From a virus, in IMG/VR virus record IMGVR_UViG_3300009093_000036, positions 64,001-128,000 of that record: 64,000 bases of DNA; one strand, 5' to 3'. Positions 18,302 to 27,354 of the stretch are shown piece after piece (positions within the stretch are counted from its first letter, which is position 1; each line of letters opens with the position of its first letter). The translations under genes and the position numbers were made by a program. The notes under the pieces are model-generated. The model did not search any database. It worked only from the letters and a program-made list of their open reading frames with translations, and had not been told where the DNA came from.

Positions 18302-18831
18302 TTCTTCTTGTGGGATCGCTTGGGCTTCGCGGGCGCCGGGACCATCACCGCGATCTTCATCACCGCGATCTTCTCGCCGGCGTGCTTCTCACGCTGCTCG
18401 ACGTAGTCCATGTAGAGCTTGCTGCCCATTTCGTTGACGTCGACCGACACCAAGCGAAGAGCCTCCGCTTCGGGAAGAGCACCCTCGGTGAACTTGGCGA
18501 TCGCCTTGTTCAGGACGTACTGAGCAGCGCTGGTCCACCCTGACGCGATGCCAGCTTCGTGAATGAGGTCCTTCTGCGTCTCGTCGGCCTCGTTGAGGGT
18601 GGCCTTCTTCGCTGCACGGCGGAGACGCTCCACCATCTTGTTGTCGTCGAGCTCGTGGAACGGCGGGCTGACGTACTGCTTGCCCTGACTGATCGCCTCC
18701 TGGTGCTTGCGCTGCTCCTCGGGCGTCCAGGTGTACTCCTCGATGGCAGCGTGCAGCCGCATGATGCGGATCATGAGATCCGAGGTCTGGTAGCGCGGTT
18801 CCTTCGAGGCGGGCGTGATCTTCTTGGTCAT
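18298..18831 (-). CDS. hypothetical protein
   Basis: 177 aa ORF. Confidence 0.7.
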   Translation of the reverse strand: MTKKITPASKEPRYQTSDLMIRIMRLHAAIEEYTWTPEEQRKHQEAISQGKQYVSPPFHELDDNKMVERLRRAAKKATLNEADETQKDLIHEAGIASGWTSAAQYVLNKAIAKFTEGALPEAEALRLVSVDVNEMGSKLYMDYVEQREKHAGEKIAVMKIAVMVPAPAKPKRSHKKK

Positions 18832-19475
18832 GTTCGTTTCTTTCGTTTCGTTGTTGGAGCAGGAAGCGCGAGCAACGAGCCACCCGTGAGTAGCCCGGCG
18901 ATCGCTTTGTTGATGTTGTCTTGGGACAGCAGGTCCATCACGCGGGACGAGAGTGTCTCCATTCCCGCCTGGAGCTTCTTCAGCGCCTCACGCGCTTCTG
19001 GCGTGTCTCGAATGATCGCGACGCTGTAGTACTCGGTGCCTCCATGCATGCCGGAGTGCTGGCTGTACACCTTCCGCGACTTCGGCTCCTTCTTCCCCTT
19101 CATGAACTTCGTCGAGCCAGGGTGGCGGTAGTAGTGCTCACCGTTGCGAACCGCTGTCTCGAAGCGTTCGACCTCGATGGAGAGCTGCATCTTGTCGCCG
19201 TTCGCCAAGAACATGTCCTTCTCGTTCTTGAAGTCGTTGACTTGAACTTCCAGCCACGGCTCCCACTTGAAGGAGACCTTCTCGTCGATCGCCTTCAGCA
19301 TCTTGGTCCGAAGCTCACGGATGTCGGTGCTCGTGTGCTGGATCTCAAACTCGGGGCAGTAGGCGGTGAGGGTGTTTCCATCGAAGAAGATGGCGAAGGG
19401 GACCTGAGCCTCTCCTCCGCCAAACTCCTCCGCGATGTTGCGACCGTAGACCCCGTGCGGTCTCTTGATGGACAT
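18828..19475 (-). CDS. hypothetical protein
   Basis: 215 aa ORF. Confidence 0.7.
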   Translation of the reverse strand: MSIKRPHGVYGRNIAEEFGGGEAQVPFAIFFDGNTLTAYCPEFEIQHTSTDIRELRTKMLKAIDEKVSFKWEPWLEVQVNDFKNEKDMFLANGDKMQLSIEVERFETAVRNGEHYYRHPGSTKFMKGKKEPKSRKVYSQHSGMHGGTEYYSVAIIRDTPEAREALKKLQAGMETLSSRVMDLLSQDNINKAIAGLLTGGSLLALPAPTTKRKKRT

Positions 19476-19829
19476 CTACTTGTTCCCGAAGAAGGACAGC
19501 GCGTAGCCCAGGATGCGGTCCCGGGACTCCTTGCCGACATCGATGAGCATCCCCATCACGGACTTGAGGACCTGAAGCTCTCGCATGATCTTGTCTTCGT
19601 GAACCCCGACGCTGACAGTGCATCGCTGAACCCACACACCGTTGCCGACGTGGAGCTTCCCGATGACGTGGTTCGTCACTTCCTCGGTGAGCTTCTTCAT
19701 GAGCTCGTCGGTGTTGAAGGGCTTGTCCCCGTAGAACTCGATGTCGCTGATCCTGATGTAGAGCTCGGCCACTTTCGTGGGATCGCTCTTTCTGACCTCG
19801 AAGGAGGTCGGCGGCATGGAAGGCATCAC
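19476..19829 (-). CDS. hypothetical protein
   Basis: 117 aa ORF. Confidence 0.65.
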   Translation of the reverse strand: MMPSMPPTSFEVRKSDPTKVAELYIRISDIEFYGDKPFNTDELMKKLTEEVTNHVIGKLHVGNGVWVQRCTVSVGVHEDKIMRELQVLKSVMGMLIDVGKESRDRILGYALSFFGNK

Positions 19830-20269
19830 ATCCCCTTTCTGGCACGCTCGACGAGGTCGAGGGCGTTGACTTCGACGTCGTAGGTGTCGTCCGGGAAAGA
19901 CTCCTTCACGGCGAGCCGAAGAGCAGCCAGAAGCTCCTCCTTCGACATGTCGTCGAGGGTTTTCTTCACCGGCGTTCGCTTCCGTGTTGTCCGCTTGGGT
20001 GGCGGCGTCAGCGGCTTCAGCTCGACCGAGGCCACACCGGCGGCATAGCCGGCGACGAACCCATCGCCATGGATCTCGGCGTGCGGGCCCTCGTAGGCGT
20101 GGATGCGACGCTTGTGGGCTCCATCCTCGATCTCGACATCACAGCGTTCCGTCGTTCCGTTGACGAAGGTGCGCACCCGCATGTTGAAGTTGTCGAGCCT
20201 CTTCACTCCCTTGACTGACCACGACTTCGGGTTGCCCCGAGGTGCGAGGCGTTCTCCGGGAAACGGCAT
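19826..20269 (-). CDS. hypothetical protein
   Basis: start MPFPGE. Confidence 0.65.
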   Translation of the reverse strand: MPFPGERLAPRGNPKSWSVKGVKRLDNFNMRVRTFVNGTTERCDVEIEDGAHKRRIHAYEGPHAEIHGDGFVAGYAAGVASVELKPLTPPPKRTTRKRTPVKKTLDDMSKEELLAALRLAVKESFPDDTYDVEVNALDLVERARKGM

Positions 20270-20271
20270 AC

Positions 20272-20652
20272 TTACTCCTCTACGCTTTCGTGTTTTCGGG
20301 CGTACTTCAGCCTGCCGCGAACACGGTGAACAAGAACATCGGGCCGTAGCTCGGGCGTGAGCTCGCAGCCCTTGAACGTACACGGCCTGTTGTAGGGGTG
20401 GTCACGACACATGTCCGGCCGCTGCTCGTAGATCGTGCAGTCGCGAGTCTCTCTGTCGAAGTACCGGCACGTGTAGTGGTGGGCTTCTGGCTCGCCAGGG
20501 AAGTTGGAGTTTGGCGCACGGTACTTGCCCTTGTACAACACCATCCTCGCGATGAGGGCGTCATCCTTGTGGCTCGTCAGCGTGTGAAGCTCTGAAGGTG
20601 AGTACATCAAGATGAAGTCCTCGCAGCAGTGCCCGGTGCACCGCTCAGCCAT
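20272..20652 (-). CDS. YkgJ-family cysteine-cluster (Fe-S/Zn) protein
   Basis: CTGHCC...CRYFD...CTIYEQRPDMCRDHPY. Confidence 0.85.
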   Translation of the reverse strand: MAERCTGHCCEDFILMYSPSELHTLTSHKDDALIARMVLYKGKYRAPNSNFPGEPEAHHYTCRYFDRETRDCTIYEQRPDMCRDHPYNRPCTFKGCELTPELRPDVLVHRVRGRLKYARKHESVEE

Positions 20653-20762
20653 CAGTGCACCACGCCGATGGCGAGCAGGATCTGCATGGTGTAGCTGCCG
20701 ACGAGCATACCGGCGATGAAGGAGCCCGCGATGAGGGCGAGCAAGTCGCTGTCGTTGCCCAT
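20652..20762 (-). CDS. small membrane protein (36 aa, not in the ORF track)
   Basis: MGNDSDLLALIAGSFIAGMLVGSYTMQILLAIGVVH. Confidence 0.55.
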   Translation of the reverse strand: MGNDSDLLALIAGSFIAGMLVGSYTMQILLAIGVVH

Positions 20763-20763
20763 C

Positions 20764-21360
20764 TCAGACCTCCAACTTCGGATTCTTCGTGAAGTACGGC
20801 TCACGACCATGAACGCCCGCACCCACGATGCGCAGGAACTGGCGGTCGAAGCTCGTCTTCACCGGCAGGCTCTCGTGCGGCGTGAAGATGCCGATGTTGT
20901 GGACGTCGCCGGCGCGCATCAGCGTTGCCGCATCGTACGGGTACTGCTCGGCGAGATGGCCGATGTCGCCATCCTCTGAGGTGTCGAAGTGTTCGGCGTC
21001 CCAGAGCGCACAGCTCTTGTCCAAGTTGTTGGCGAGCAGGATGCGAACGTCGCGTTCGAGCGTGACATGGTGTCGACGGCCCCAACCCGGAGGTGACCCC
21101 CAACCAGCAGTGCCCGGGATGATGCCAGCTTCGGTATGCAGAGCACGGCCGTGCTTGGCGCGAGCTCCGCGGTGTGCTGCACCAGCTTCCACCCGCGACT
21201 CGTCGATGGTGAGATAGCCAACGGAGTCGCGACTCACGAACACCATCGAGATGATGTCGCGGTAGGCGCCGTATTCGTCCGGCACGGAATCGGGGTTGCC
21301 CTGGATGTAGGGCATCATCAGGCAGCGCAGTCCAGAGAACTGCGGGAACTCGATGTTCAT
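20764..21360 (-). CDS. putative 2OG-Fe(II) oxygenase-like (DSBH) protein
   Basis: LHTE (HxE) and distal TPHES...RQFLR. Confidence 0.5.
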   Translation of the reverse strand: MNIEFPQFSGLRCLMMPYIQGNPDSVPDEYGAYRDIISMVFVSRDSVGYLTIDESRVEAGAAHRGARAKHGRALHTEAGIIPGTAGWGSPPGWGRRHHVTLERDVRILLANNLDKSCALWDAEHFDTSEDGDIGHLAEQYPYDAATLMRAGDVHNIGIFTPHESLPVKTSFDRQFLRIVGAGVHGREPYFTKNPKLEV

Positions 21361-22064
21361 CCTTCGTCTTCTTCCTCTGCGTCCTCGCAAGGGTGATCGT
21401 CCACCGCGATGCAACAGGGACCGAGGTCCTCCATGCCGCACGTCATGCAGGTGAGGGTCTTGCCCTCCACCAGCGCCAAGCAGTTCGCACACTGCGTGGT
21501 CTCGGCCTTCTCTTCCACCGGCTTTTTCGTGACCATCACTTCCTCCATCAGCTTGTCGAGGTCCTTGATCACAGCTCCCAAGATGAGCTTGTCTGCTGCG
21601 TCTTCTCTCGCCTTCGTCCAGGCATCCCAGGCTCCGTCGTTGAAGTCAGCCAGCTCATCCTCGATGATGTAGTCGATCTTCCGACCACGGATGAGGTCGT
21701 CGACAAGGCTCTCTCCTACCTCTCTGATAGTCGATTTCGCGCGGACATGTGCGATCTGTAGGTGTGCCCGCGAGAATGACATCAAGATGTTCTTCAACCC
21801 GTAGCGAGCCAGCACTGCATCGAAGCTCTCGACCTCCTTGTTCTGGAAGCGAGTGATCTCCTCGATGAGCTTGCCCTCTTCGTTGATGCCAGTGACGACG
21901 ATGGAGCCATCTACTCCGATCATGAGGCCGGTGAGGCTCTTGTAGAGACCGTTCAGCTCCATCGCAACAGGAACTTGGTCGTACGGCCTCCATCCCGAGT
22001 TCCATCTCTTCTTCAACATGCGCCGGCGTTGGTTGTTCGCCCTGCGCTTGACGTATCCGCTCAC
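21357..22064 (-). CDS. hypothetical protein with C-terminal Cys cluster
   Basis: CANC...CMTC...CC...HPC. Confidence 0.6.
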   Translation of the reverse strand: MSGYVKRRANNQRRRMLKKRWNSGWRPYDQVPVAMELNGLYKSLTGLMIGVDGSIVVTGINEEGKLIEEITRFQNKEVESFDAVLARYGLKNILMSFSRAHLQIAHVRAKSTIREVGESLVDDLIRGRKIDYIIEDELADFNDGAWDAWTKAREDAADKLILGAVIKDLDKLMEEVMVTKKPVEEKAETTQCANCLALVEGKTLTCMTCGMEDLGPCCIAVDDHPCEDAEEEDEG

Positions 22065-22300
22065 CCCGTACCTTCGACGTCGTGGGACATGAGGAACTCC
22101 TGGATCAAGTTGTCGAGCTTTTCCTTGGGCATCGTGTGGATCATCATCGCGATGACCTGGCCGCGCGACATGACGTCGTCCCCACCATCATCGAAGATGC
22201 CCTCGACCATCGTGCCGTTCTCGTCGACGATGATCGCTGCATAGCCCGCGGGCAGCTTCGTCACGTACTGGCTGAGGGCCTCGTCTTCGTCAGACATCAC
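22061..22300 (-). CDS. hypothetical protein
   Basis: 79 aa ORF. Confidence 0.6.
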   Translation of the reverse strand: MMSDEDEALSQYVTKLPAGYAAIIVDENGTMVEGIFDDGGDDVMSRGQVIAMMIHTMPKEKLDNLIQEFLMSHDVEGTG

Positions 22301-22848
22301 AGCAATGCGCCGTGCAGAAGCTCTTGGTAGGAGAACTCCTTCCCCAAGCAGTCCTCAACACCAACCTTCGGCAGTGCTGGACGTCCCACGATCTCGCCGT
22401 TGTAGAACACGAGGTACTTGGGCAACGAGACCTTCCTCTCGATGAAGAGTTTGCCCTTCGCTGTGAGGCAGTACATACCCATGGCGTTCTCATCCGCCGT
22501 CCGCACGTTCTTCACGCGAGTGAGACCATGTCCGAGCGTCAGTTTGGAGAAGTCGCCGCCCGCGTTGGAGTGAAGGTCGTTCTGCACATGGAAGTAGATC
22601 CCGGGACGGCCCTTGCTGAGACGGTAGAGACGAATCAACGCCTTCACAACCGACACGTACATGGTTCGCGGCCACGGCGCAGCCCCTTGTTGACAACACG
22701 GACATGAGACTGTGTCTCCATCCTCTACGGCACGAAGCACTTCTTCACGTGCATCCGCCACGAGCATGGTGTCGTACTCGGGGAACTTGCCACGCGGGAT
22801 CTTGACGACTCCCTTCAGCAGCTCCTTACGCGACTTCTTTCGTGCCAC
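22297..22848 (-). CDS. hypothetical protein
   Basis: CPCC motif; winged-helix-like C-terminus. Confidence 0.65.
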   Translation of the reverse strand: MARKKSRKELLKGVVKIPRGKFPEYDTMLVADAREEVLRAVEDGDTVSCPCCQQGAAPWPRTMYVSVVKALIRLYRLSKGRPGIYFHVQNDLHSNAGGDFSKLTLGHGLTRVKNVRTADENAMGMYCLTAKGKLFIERKVSLPKYLVFYNGEIVGRPALPKVGVEDCLGKEFSYQELLHGALL

Positions 22849-23212
22849 CGGCAACCTCCTTCACCCCGACCGTTGCCGTCTCCTTGGGACGCCACTTCGT
22901 GCCGCATCCTTCACAGAGGTGGGTCTTGTGGGCCTTGGTCGCCCACTCGCCCTTGTCGATGTGCTGGAGACCGCACTTCGGGCAGTTCGTGATGATGGGC
23001 TCGATCTCACCGATAGTCGTCCGCATCAGCCCGCCCTTCAGGATGTGCTGCTGGAACGTGTTCTTCGCCAACACCAAGGCGCGAGCCGTCTCCAGCTCCA
23101 GCTCCTTGATCCCCTTCTCCGCCATCGCGGCGCACCCAGGGCAAAGAGCGATCGACAACACCAACTTGGCATCTGTCGATCGCACCTCATTCTGACAGCT
23201 CAGGCAGCGCAT
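22826..23212 (-). CDS. zinc-finger protein
   Basis: CLSC..CPGC..CPKCGLQHIDKGEWATKAHKTHLCEGC. Confidence 0.7.
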   Translation of the reverse strand: MRCLSCQNEVRSTDAKLVLSIALCPGCAAMAEKGIKELELETARALVLAKNTFQQHILKGGLMRTTIGEIEPIITNCPKCGLQHIDKGEWATKAHKTHLCEGCGTKWRPKETATVGVKEVAGGTKEVA

Positions 23213-23580
23213 CAGTAGTCCCGGATCTCGGTCCGCACCGAGAAGCCCGCCGCCTCCAACGCCGGGATCGCGGCGCTGTTGAAGCAGTCGTAGCAGCAGT
23301 CGATGATCTTGTGCTCGACGTGGCCGCCATCGCCCCCGTAGGAGTCGCCCTCCTTGCCGGAGATCTTGATGCGATGGGCGTGGTGGAGGCTCAAGACGAC
23401 GCCTTCTCCCGCCACGAGCTTGGCACGGTGCGTCGGCGAGAGAACGATCTCCGCTTCCTTCACCTGGTAGGCGCCATCGAGCTCTTCGTCGTCTCCGCAC
23501 GGCTTGCCGCACAGGCTGCACGTCGTCTTCTCGACGGTGCGCTCACCTGCCGGAACCTGCACTGTCGTCGTGGTCTTCAT
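23212..23580 (-). CDS. hypothetical zinc-binding protein
   Basis: CSLC...CCYDCF. Confidence 0.65.
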   Translation of the reverse strand: MKTTTTVQVPAGERTVEKTTCSLCGKPCGDDEELDGAYQVKEAEIVLSPTHRAKLVAGEGVVLSLHHAHRIKISGKEGDSYGGDGGHVEHKIIDCCYDCFNSAAIPALEAAGFSVRTEIRDY

Positions 23581-23843
23581 ACGGCCTCCAGGGTCTGAAG
23601 AGTGGTCTTCAAGGTGGACTCGTAGTACGCGATGTTCTTGATGTCGAGCCTTTCCTCGGGGATCACCGTCACGGCTTCGTGCCCCGAGAGTGTGGAGATG
23701 CCGAACGTCCACCAGGCGAGGTCTTGGATGCGCTTCACGGTGAAGACGAAGCGATCGTCCTTCTTCGCTGCCCCGATGTTGTTCTCGATGACAGTGGCGT
23801 AGCCGGCTTCACGAAGAGCCTGCAACACCTGCTGCATCTTCAC
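23577..23843 (-). CDS. hypothetical protein
   Basis: GTGA-coupled start. Confidence 0.6.
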   Translation of the reverse strand: MKMQQVLQALREAGYATVIENNIGAAKKDDRFVFTVKRIQDLAWWTFGISTLSGHEAVTVIPEERLDIKNIAYYESTLKTTLQTLEAV

Positions 23844-24190
23844 TTGTTCACCGTGCTGCGCTTCTTGTAGCGCGGATCCACGTGAAGCCGTATGCCGACC
23901 GGCATCGTGCCGCCGAACGACTTCATGATGCGAAGCAGGACGTCCATCTGCTCGTTGCACATCTCGACTCGCGTCACGTACACCGACAGCTCGTTGGCGT
24001 AGCGCGCGATGCTGTTGGCGTGGTCGGGGAGCGGGTACTGCGTGAAGTCCCGCAGCCGATCCGTCATCCGCTTGTAGGACGTCTCGGCCTTGTCGACCCA
24101 CATCTTGCGCGTCGACTGGAGGATCTCCATGTCGCGGCGGACACGCTCCTTCGGGCTCATCTCATTCTTGTCGTCAGATGCAACCTTCAT
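23840..24190 (-). CDS. hypothetical protein
   Basis: GGAG RBS and AACATG start behind the promoter motif. Confidence 0.7.
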   Translation of the reverse strand: MKVASDDKNEMSPKERVRRDMEILQSTRKMWVDKAETSYKRMTDRLRDFTQYPLPDHANSIARYANELSVYVTRVEMCNEQMDVLLRIMKSFGGTMPVGIRLHVDPRYKKRSTVNK

Positions 24191-24198
24191 GTTGTTCT

Positions 24199-24216
24199 CC
24201 ATCTTCCTTATAGGGC
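24199..24216 (-). promoter_or_regulatory. candidate phage promoter (CCCTATAAG)
   Basis: GCCC-TATAAG-GAAGAT-G, hexamer 24207-24212. Confidence 0.6.
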
Positions 24217-24755
24217 TAAACGCGCTCAGGAACGTGAGTCACCACGCGCAGCAAGGCGTCCTTGGCGTTCGAGTAGTCGAGGATGATCTTGGTGAGGCGC
24301 CTGACTTCATCTGCGAACTGCTTCGACCTCTCCTGCTCGTCCTTGCGGTCCTGGATCAAGAACTTGAGAGCGACCACCGCGTCCTTGTCGGGGACCTCCA
24401 GGCCCAAGATGGCCCTGAGACCTACCTCCAGCGAGTTGTCGGGCAGGTACTCGCCCATCACAGACGTGTAATGAGTCAGCAACCCATGGTCAGACATCGC
24501 CTGCGGATCGAATCGCCGGGCGTGGTTGATGAGGCCCATCAGCCACTTGTACTTGTCCGTATCCTTGGTGACATCGACCCCACTAACAGGTGGAGGGCCG
24601 ATCTCTTTGATGGCGTCCTCCACCATCACGGGCATCGGAACCCCACTCACCATCAACTCCCGCATCATGCGAGAACCCACCCTGCGGATGAGCTTGTCAC
24701 CCCACTCGACGAGCACCATCGGAGGGAAGTACTGAGCCTTGGTCTTGTCGTTCAT
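24216..24755 (-). CDS. hypothetical protein
   Basis: ~179 aa ORF. Confidence 0.65.
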   Translation of the reverse strand: MNDKTKAQYFPPMVLVEWGDKLIRRVGSRMMRELMVSGVPMPVMVEDAIKEIGPPPVSGVDVTKDTDKYKWLMGLINHARRFDPQAMSDHGLLTHYTSVMGEYLPDNSLEVGLRAILGLEVPDKDAVVALKFLIQDRKDEQERSKQFADEVRRLTKIILDYSNAKDALLRVVTHVPERV

Positions 24756-24757
24756 GT

Positions 24758-25105
24758 TCACACCAACAGCAAGTTGTCTCGCAGCGCTTGGATGATCTCC
24801 TGCGCCGCCTTCTCATCTACATCCTGTTGAACCACCAGCGTGATGCTGGTGTGCGTCGCCAGGACCTGGAGCATCTCGACGGGGTACTCCGGCTGCAATG
24901 CAGCTTCTTCGCTTCGATACACGAAGAGGGTGCACGGGAGCGCCCACAGATCCGTCAGTTCGTTCAGCTTCCACGGCCCCGACATCGGGCAGTCGTCGTA
25001 GACGATGCCGTCCGGCCACAGCCGCATCAGCCGCAGGCGCACGATGATGAGGGCTTCCGGGAAGAGAGCACCCTCACCAACGACCTCAGTCCCCTCGATC
25101 TTCAT
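24758..25105 (-). CDS. hypothetical protein
   Basis: start MKIEGT, ATGA overlap. Confidence 0.6.
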   Translation of the reverse strand: MKIEGTEVVGEGALFPEALIIVRLRLMRLWPDGIVYDDCPMSGPWKLNELTDLWALPCTLFVYRSEEAALQPEYPVEMLQVLATHTSITLVVQQDVDEKAAQEIIQALRDNLLLV

Positions 25106-25257
25106 ACCCGGATCGTGAGGTTGATGTACTTGATCTCGACGGGCTGGTAGACGAGCATCTGGATGCGGCCGCACTTCTTGCACGTCGCGCACCTGTACGA
25201 GCACTTCGTCTCGTCGCACGTCCGTTGTTCTCCGAACACCAAGTCATCAGCATCCAT
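25102..25257 (-). CDS. small Cys-rich protein (51 aa, not in the ORF track)
   Basis: MDADDLVFGEQRTCDETKCSYRCATCKKCGRIQ... Confidence 0.55.
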   Translation of the reverse strand: MDADDLVFGEQRTCDETKCSYRCATCKKCGRIQMLVYQPVEIKYINLTIRV

Positions 25258-25612
25258 ACAGTCGATGTTCGAGCACTTCATGTAGGTCCTTCCAAGCCGA
25301 GATCCACTTCCTCAGCTTCTTCACCGAGGCATTCCTCGCCGGTCCAAACAGGACCCAGATCCGACCTTCCTCTGACTCAAGCCACGCCCTGAACACCGCC
25401 TCGGGCTGTGCACCCTTCATCTTGTTGCAAGGTTCGCAGGCTAACACGCGGTTCCTCCGAGCATTGCGCCCACCATTCGCACGAGCCTTCACATGATCGG
25501 TCGTCAGCAGTTGTTGTGGAAACCGATCACGGCAGTACGCGCAAGAGGCGAGCCCATCCTCTCCTTGCTCTACCTTGAACAGTCGCGCCAGAGGCGACTC
25601 CGACTTGGTCAT
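25247..25612 (-). CDS. HNH endonuclease
   Basis: CAYC...TTDHVKARANGG.N...NRVLACEPCNKMKG. Confidence 0.9.
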   Translation of the reverse strand: MTKSESPLARLFKVEQGEDGLASCAYCRDRFPQQLLTTDHVKARANGGRNARRNRVLACEPCNKMKGAQPEAVFRAWLESEEGRIWVLFGPARNASVKKLRKWISAWKDLHEVLEHRLYGC

Positions 25613-26115
25613 CCAACTTCCAGCTCCCGCAGCAGCTTCGCGAACTCGTTCGCCATGAGCTCGGAGGTGCTGGTGTGCACGATCGTGTCGGAGATCCCAG
25701 GCTTGTTCTTGACGTAGACGTGCCAGTAGTCGGTGCCCCAGCCCCAGCCATCGTCCCCGTTCGGGATGCGCTGCTTCACGAAGACGCGGGTGTTGATCTT
25801 CTTCGCATCGGCGAGGTTCTTGATGATGCCTCGCAGCGATTGGTCGCACCGCTTAACAGCAAGTTCGAGACCGACGTACTTGTTCTCGTCGTCGAGGGTG
25901 TCGAAGTCATCGACCTGGCGGTGAGCAGTCTCGATGCCCCACTGCCAGTACCCATAGTGCACCGCCGGCTTGCCGGGGGCTGCCATGCGGTTGAAGTAGA
26001 CGCGGCCGAGCGGCGTCTCGCAGAACGCCATGCTCTCGAAGTCGCCATCGTTGGTGGTGATGGGGATGTCCAGCACTTTCAAGTTGGGATGAACGATGTC
26101 TTCGGGGTGCTTCAT
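25609..26115 (-). CDS. hypothetical protein
   Basis: 168 aa ORF. Confidence 0.7.
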   Translation of the reverse strand: MKHPEDIVHPNLKVLDIPITTNDGDFESMAFCETPLGRVYFNRMAAPGKPAVHYGYWQWGIETAHRQVDDFDTLDDENKYVGLELAVKRCDQSLRGIIKNLADAKKINTRVFVKQRIPNGDDGWGWGTDYWHVYVKNKPGISDTIVHTSTSELMANEFAKLLRELEVG

Positions 26116-26609
26116 GTTGTGCTCCGTGGAGTTCGAGCCGTGACGGCGGTTCCGACCGGCCAGCCGTTGACGTTCAGGACGATGGGCTGACCAGGGTCCA
26201 GATCCGACTCATCGGAATCACTACCCGGGCCACCCTTCCAGTACAGCTCGTCGGTGTCCTCATTCTTGGTGAGGATGTAGTGCTCTTCGAGAGCACCCAG
26301 CATCGACTTGATGCTGGCAGCCACCGCGATCGAAATCGAGGAGGCTTCGTCGGTCGTGGGTGTCACCCGGTACTTCTCCGGGATCATCAGGAGTGTCGCT
26401 GTGTCCGCGGCCTTCTTGCCGCGAACGAAGTCTTCGTTGCTCATGTTCTTCTCATCGGCGCGACGTTGCGCACCCTCGAATGTTCTGAATGTGATGGGCC
26501 GGCCTCGCTTGTCGCAGATCTGGAAGAGGTAGCCCTTCTTGTTGTGGCGACACACCCTCCAGCCGCTGCCGCAGTCGGCGGGCCTGGAGAAGTAGACCGG
26601 CTCGCTCAT
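26112..26609 (-). CDS. hypothetical protein (possible internal start near 26444)
   Basis: open frame; internal GAGAAG-AACATG. Confidence 0.6.
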   Translation of the reverse strand: MSEPVYFSRPADCGSGWRVCRHNKKGYLFQICDKRGRPITFRTFEGAQRRADEKNMSNEDFVRGKKAADTATLLMIPEKYRVTPTTDEASSISIAVAASIKSMLGALEEHYILTKNEDTDELYWKGGPGSDSDESDLDPGQPIVLNVNGWPVGTAVTARTPRSTT

Positions 26610-26779
26610 GATGTTCCTGTTGGTGGCTTCCACCCCATCATCCGGGCGTGAGCGACATGCGCCCGGCGTTCACTTGGATCGTCCCATTCAGGATCCTCCG
26701 GAGGGCTATGGGTGCCGTACTCGACGTCCAGCCACGCCAGAGCGCTGAGGAAGTCGGGTTCCCGTGTCTTGTCGTCCAT
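26606..26779 (-). CDS. hypothetical protein
   Basis: GGAG RBS; start MDDKT. Confidence 0.55.
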   Translation of the reverse strand: MDDKTREPDFLSALAWLDVEYGTHSPPEDPEWDDPSERRAHVAHARMMGWKPPTGTS

Positions 26780-26859
26780 GTGTTGCTCCGTTCCAGCTCC
26801 CTCACGGGCGCGAGAGGCAGGGGAAGGCATGGCATGTCCTCCAGCTCCCCCTGCCCACG

Positions 26860-26877
26860 TACGTCCCCTTATAGAGC
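26860..26877 (-). promoter_or_regulatory. candidate phage promoter (variant)
   Basis: GCTC-TATAAG-GGGACG-T, hexamer 26868-26873. Confidence 0.45.
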
Positions 26878-26878
26878 C

Positions 26879-27010
26879 TCACCGGTCCCAGCACATACTG
26901 CCGTCATTACGGCAGATACAGGCGGGTGTATCCACACAGCGGTGCCGGGGTTCACACTCAGCAATCAACATCAAGTTGATTAGGACGAGGCAGATGAAGG
27001 CATACTTCAT
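26879..27010 (-). CDS. small secreted Cys-rich peptide (43 aa, not in the ORF track)
   Basis: MKYAFICLVLINLMLIAECEPRHRCVDTPACICRNDGSMCWDR; ATGA overlap. Confidence 0.6.
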   Translation of the reverse strand: MKYAFICLVLINLMLIAECEPRHRCVDTPACICRNDGSMCWDR

Positions 27011-27354
27011 GTTCGACGTACCGTGATGTGCCCCTGGCTCTTGTGGAGGGTGAGGGCAAAGAGTTTGGTGGGGGCCAACACAACGATCTCGCCTCCCTCC
27101 TGGACCAATGCGATCAGCACCTCCCGCATCGCCTGGTTCTCATGCTCCAGATGCTGGAGGCGGGCTTCCATGTTCTCGCGGACCACAGAGCCGAGGACAT
27201 GATCGACCCCACCCCGGATCAAGCGATCGATGCCGCTGATCGCCTTCACCGCCTTCCCGCCGACACGCAGGAAGTGCTGCACATCTTCCTCAATCTCCGA
27301 GTACGTCTTCCCCATCCTTCGGGGCTTCGAGGACGCCTTCTTCTTTTTCTTCAT
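27007..27354 (-). CDS. hypothetical protein
   Basis: GGAGGG RBS; start MKKKKK. Confidence 0.6.
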   Translation of the reverse strand: MKKKKKASSKPRRMGKTYSEIEEDVQHFLRVGGKAVKAISGIDRLIRGGVDHVLGSVVRENMEARLQHLEHENQAMREVLIALVQEGGEIVVLAPTKLFALTLHKSQGHITVRRT

